Shown: positions 63,096 to 64,000 of the stretch, in pieces
How the letters are laid out: each line of letters begins with the position of its first letter
Position numbering within the stretch: position 1 is the stretch's first letter
Assembly (NCBI RefSeq): GCF_040938485.1
Contig: NW_027271283.1
Location: forward strand, 1,426,001-1,490,000
DNA length: 64,000 nucleotides
Origin: Diadema antillarum
Lineage: Eukaryota
Reading direction: 5' to 3'
Translations under genes and position numbers: made by a program
Notes under the pieces: generated by a model
The model's database searches: none
What the model was told of the DNA's origin: nothing
Seen by the model: the letters and a program-made list of their open reading frames with translations, nothing else

Positions 63096-64000
63096 CCGTT
63101 TAAACAGGGGAAAGATGATAAACGCAGCCCAAGAGAGTGTCCAAAATGATAAAGATGGATTGATATTTGCATTTCATTGGTTGGTTGGTGATTCTTTTTT
63201 GTGTGTCCACACATACAACAATAGTAAGAATTATTTGTTTTCACATCACATTACCAGTTGATTTTTGAAACAGTCAATTTGGGATGTGTGTGTTTGAGTG
63301 GGCCTTTTGATGGTCTCATGATGGGCAAATTTTTGGATTATTGACCACTTGAAGCTACACAATACAGCTTGGGTTAGGTATACATAAACTTTGTATCATC
63401 AACAAGGAAGTGGTATACGTATGTACATGTATTTCTCATTTGTGCTAACTTCAAAGCTAACAAAAACATTGGGGAAGCTACAAAGTACAAAATGATAAGT
63501 GATTTTGTGTGTGGTGTACTGTTCACAGGCACTGTGTGAGGCTAATTATCGCAAGGTTTGCCGAAAATAGATCTTAATATTTTTTTTTCCATACTTAACA
63601 TTTTTGCGTTGCATTGCAAAAATTTGTTTTGGATAAGCATTTTTTGGGGGTCCACATGTATGAAAGGGCCTATCAGTATTTGCTAAAATATACACTGTAG
63701 AAGCAGTATCAGTATGAGATGTGAATCATTTTGTTCAAGATTTGGTTTTTTGAATATAATTTTGCGTCAGATCAATTCTAAGTTCATCAAAATTTTTATT
63801 GACATATCCATGCAAATCACTCCTAAAAATGGATTACTGTAAAGCCAGAAATGTTCACAGCATTAGACTTAAAATGCAAATTGTTACTGGCATTCAATGC
63901 ATTGTGTAGAAAAAAAAAAATCACCTGCACTTTACTGTCACAATGCTATGCTCGCAAAAGGTTTGTGCATGCAAGAATTTCTTGGTTTACAGTACCGGTA

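Overview
Eukaryotic, intron-rich, AT-rich genomic DNA. The genes and repeat families suggest an invertebrate deuterostome, probably an echinoderm (inference). Three recognisable host genes: FAM50/XAP5 (minus, first 4 coding exons, runs off the window start), head-to-head with a complete 15-exon ACAD9 (plus, 4259-21821, 672 aa), and ribosomal protein RPL18A (minus, 29805-33301; first coding exon ambiguous). The rest is dense in transposons, many with readable TIRs and target-site duplications (TSDs). The main unusual structure is a 14.5-kb element (44599-59087) with 33-bp TIRs and a perfect 5-bp TSD (ATTAC) but no recognisable transposase of its own. It carries two convergent sets of short spliced exons whose predicted stop codons overlap in one TTAA. 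Nested inside are a 9.2-kb TAA-TSD element, a 4.5-kb hAT with a single nonsense mutation, a 5'-truncated CR1/L2-type LINE and several MITEs. One reading of the minus-strand cargo gene has an in-frame TGA plus a SECIS-like but non-canonical hairpin. No rRNA, intact tRNA or CRISPR array was seen. All calls were made by eye without database searches.
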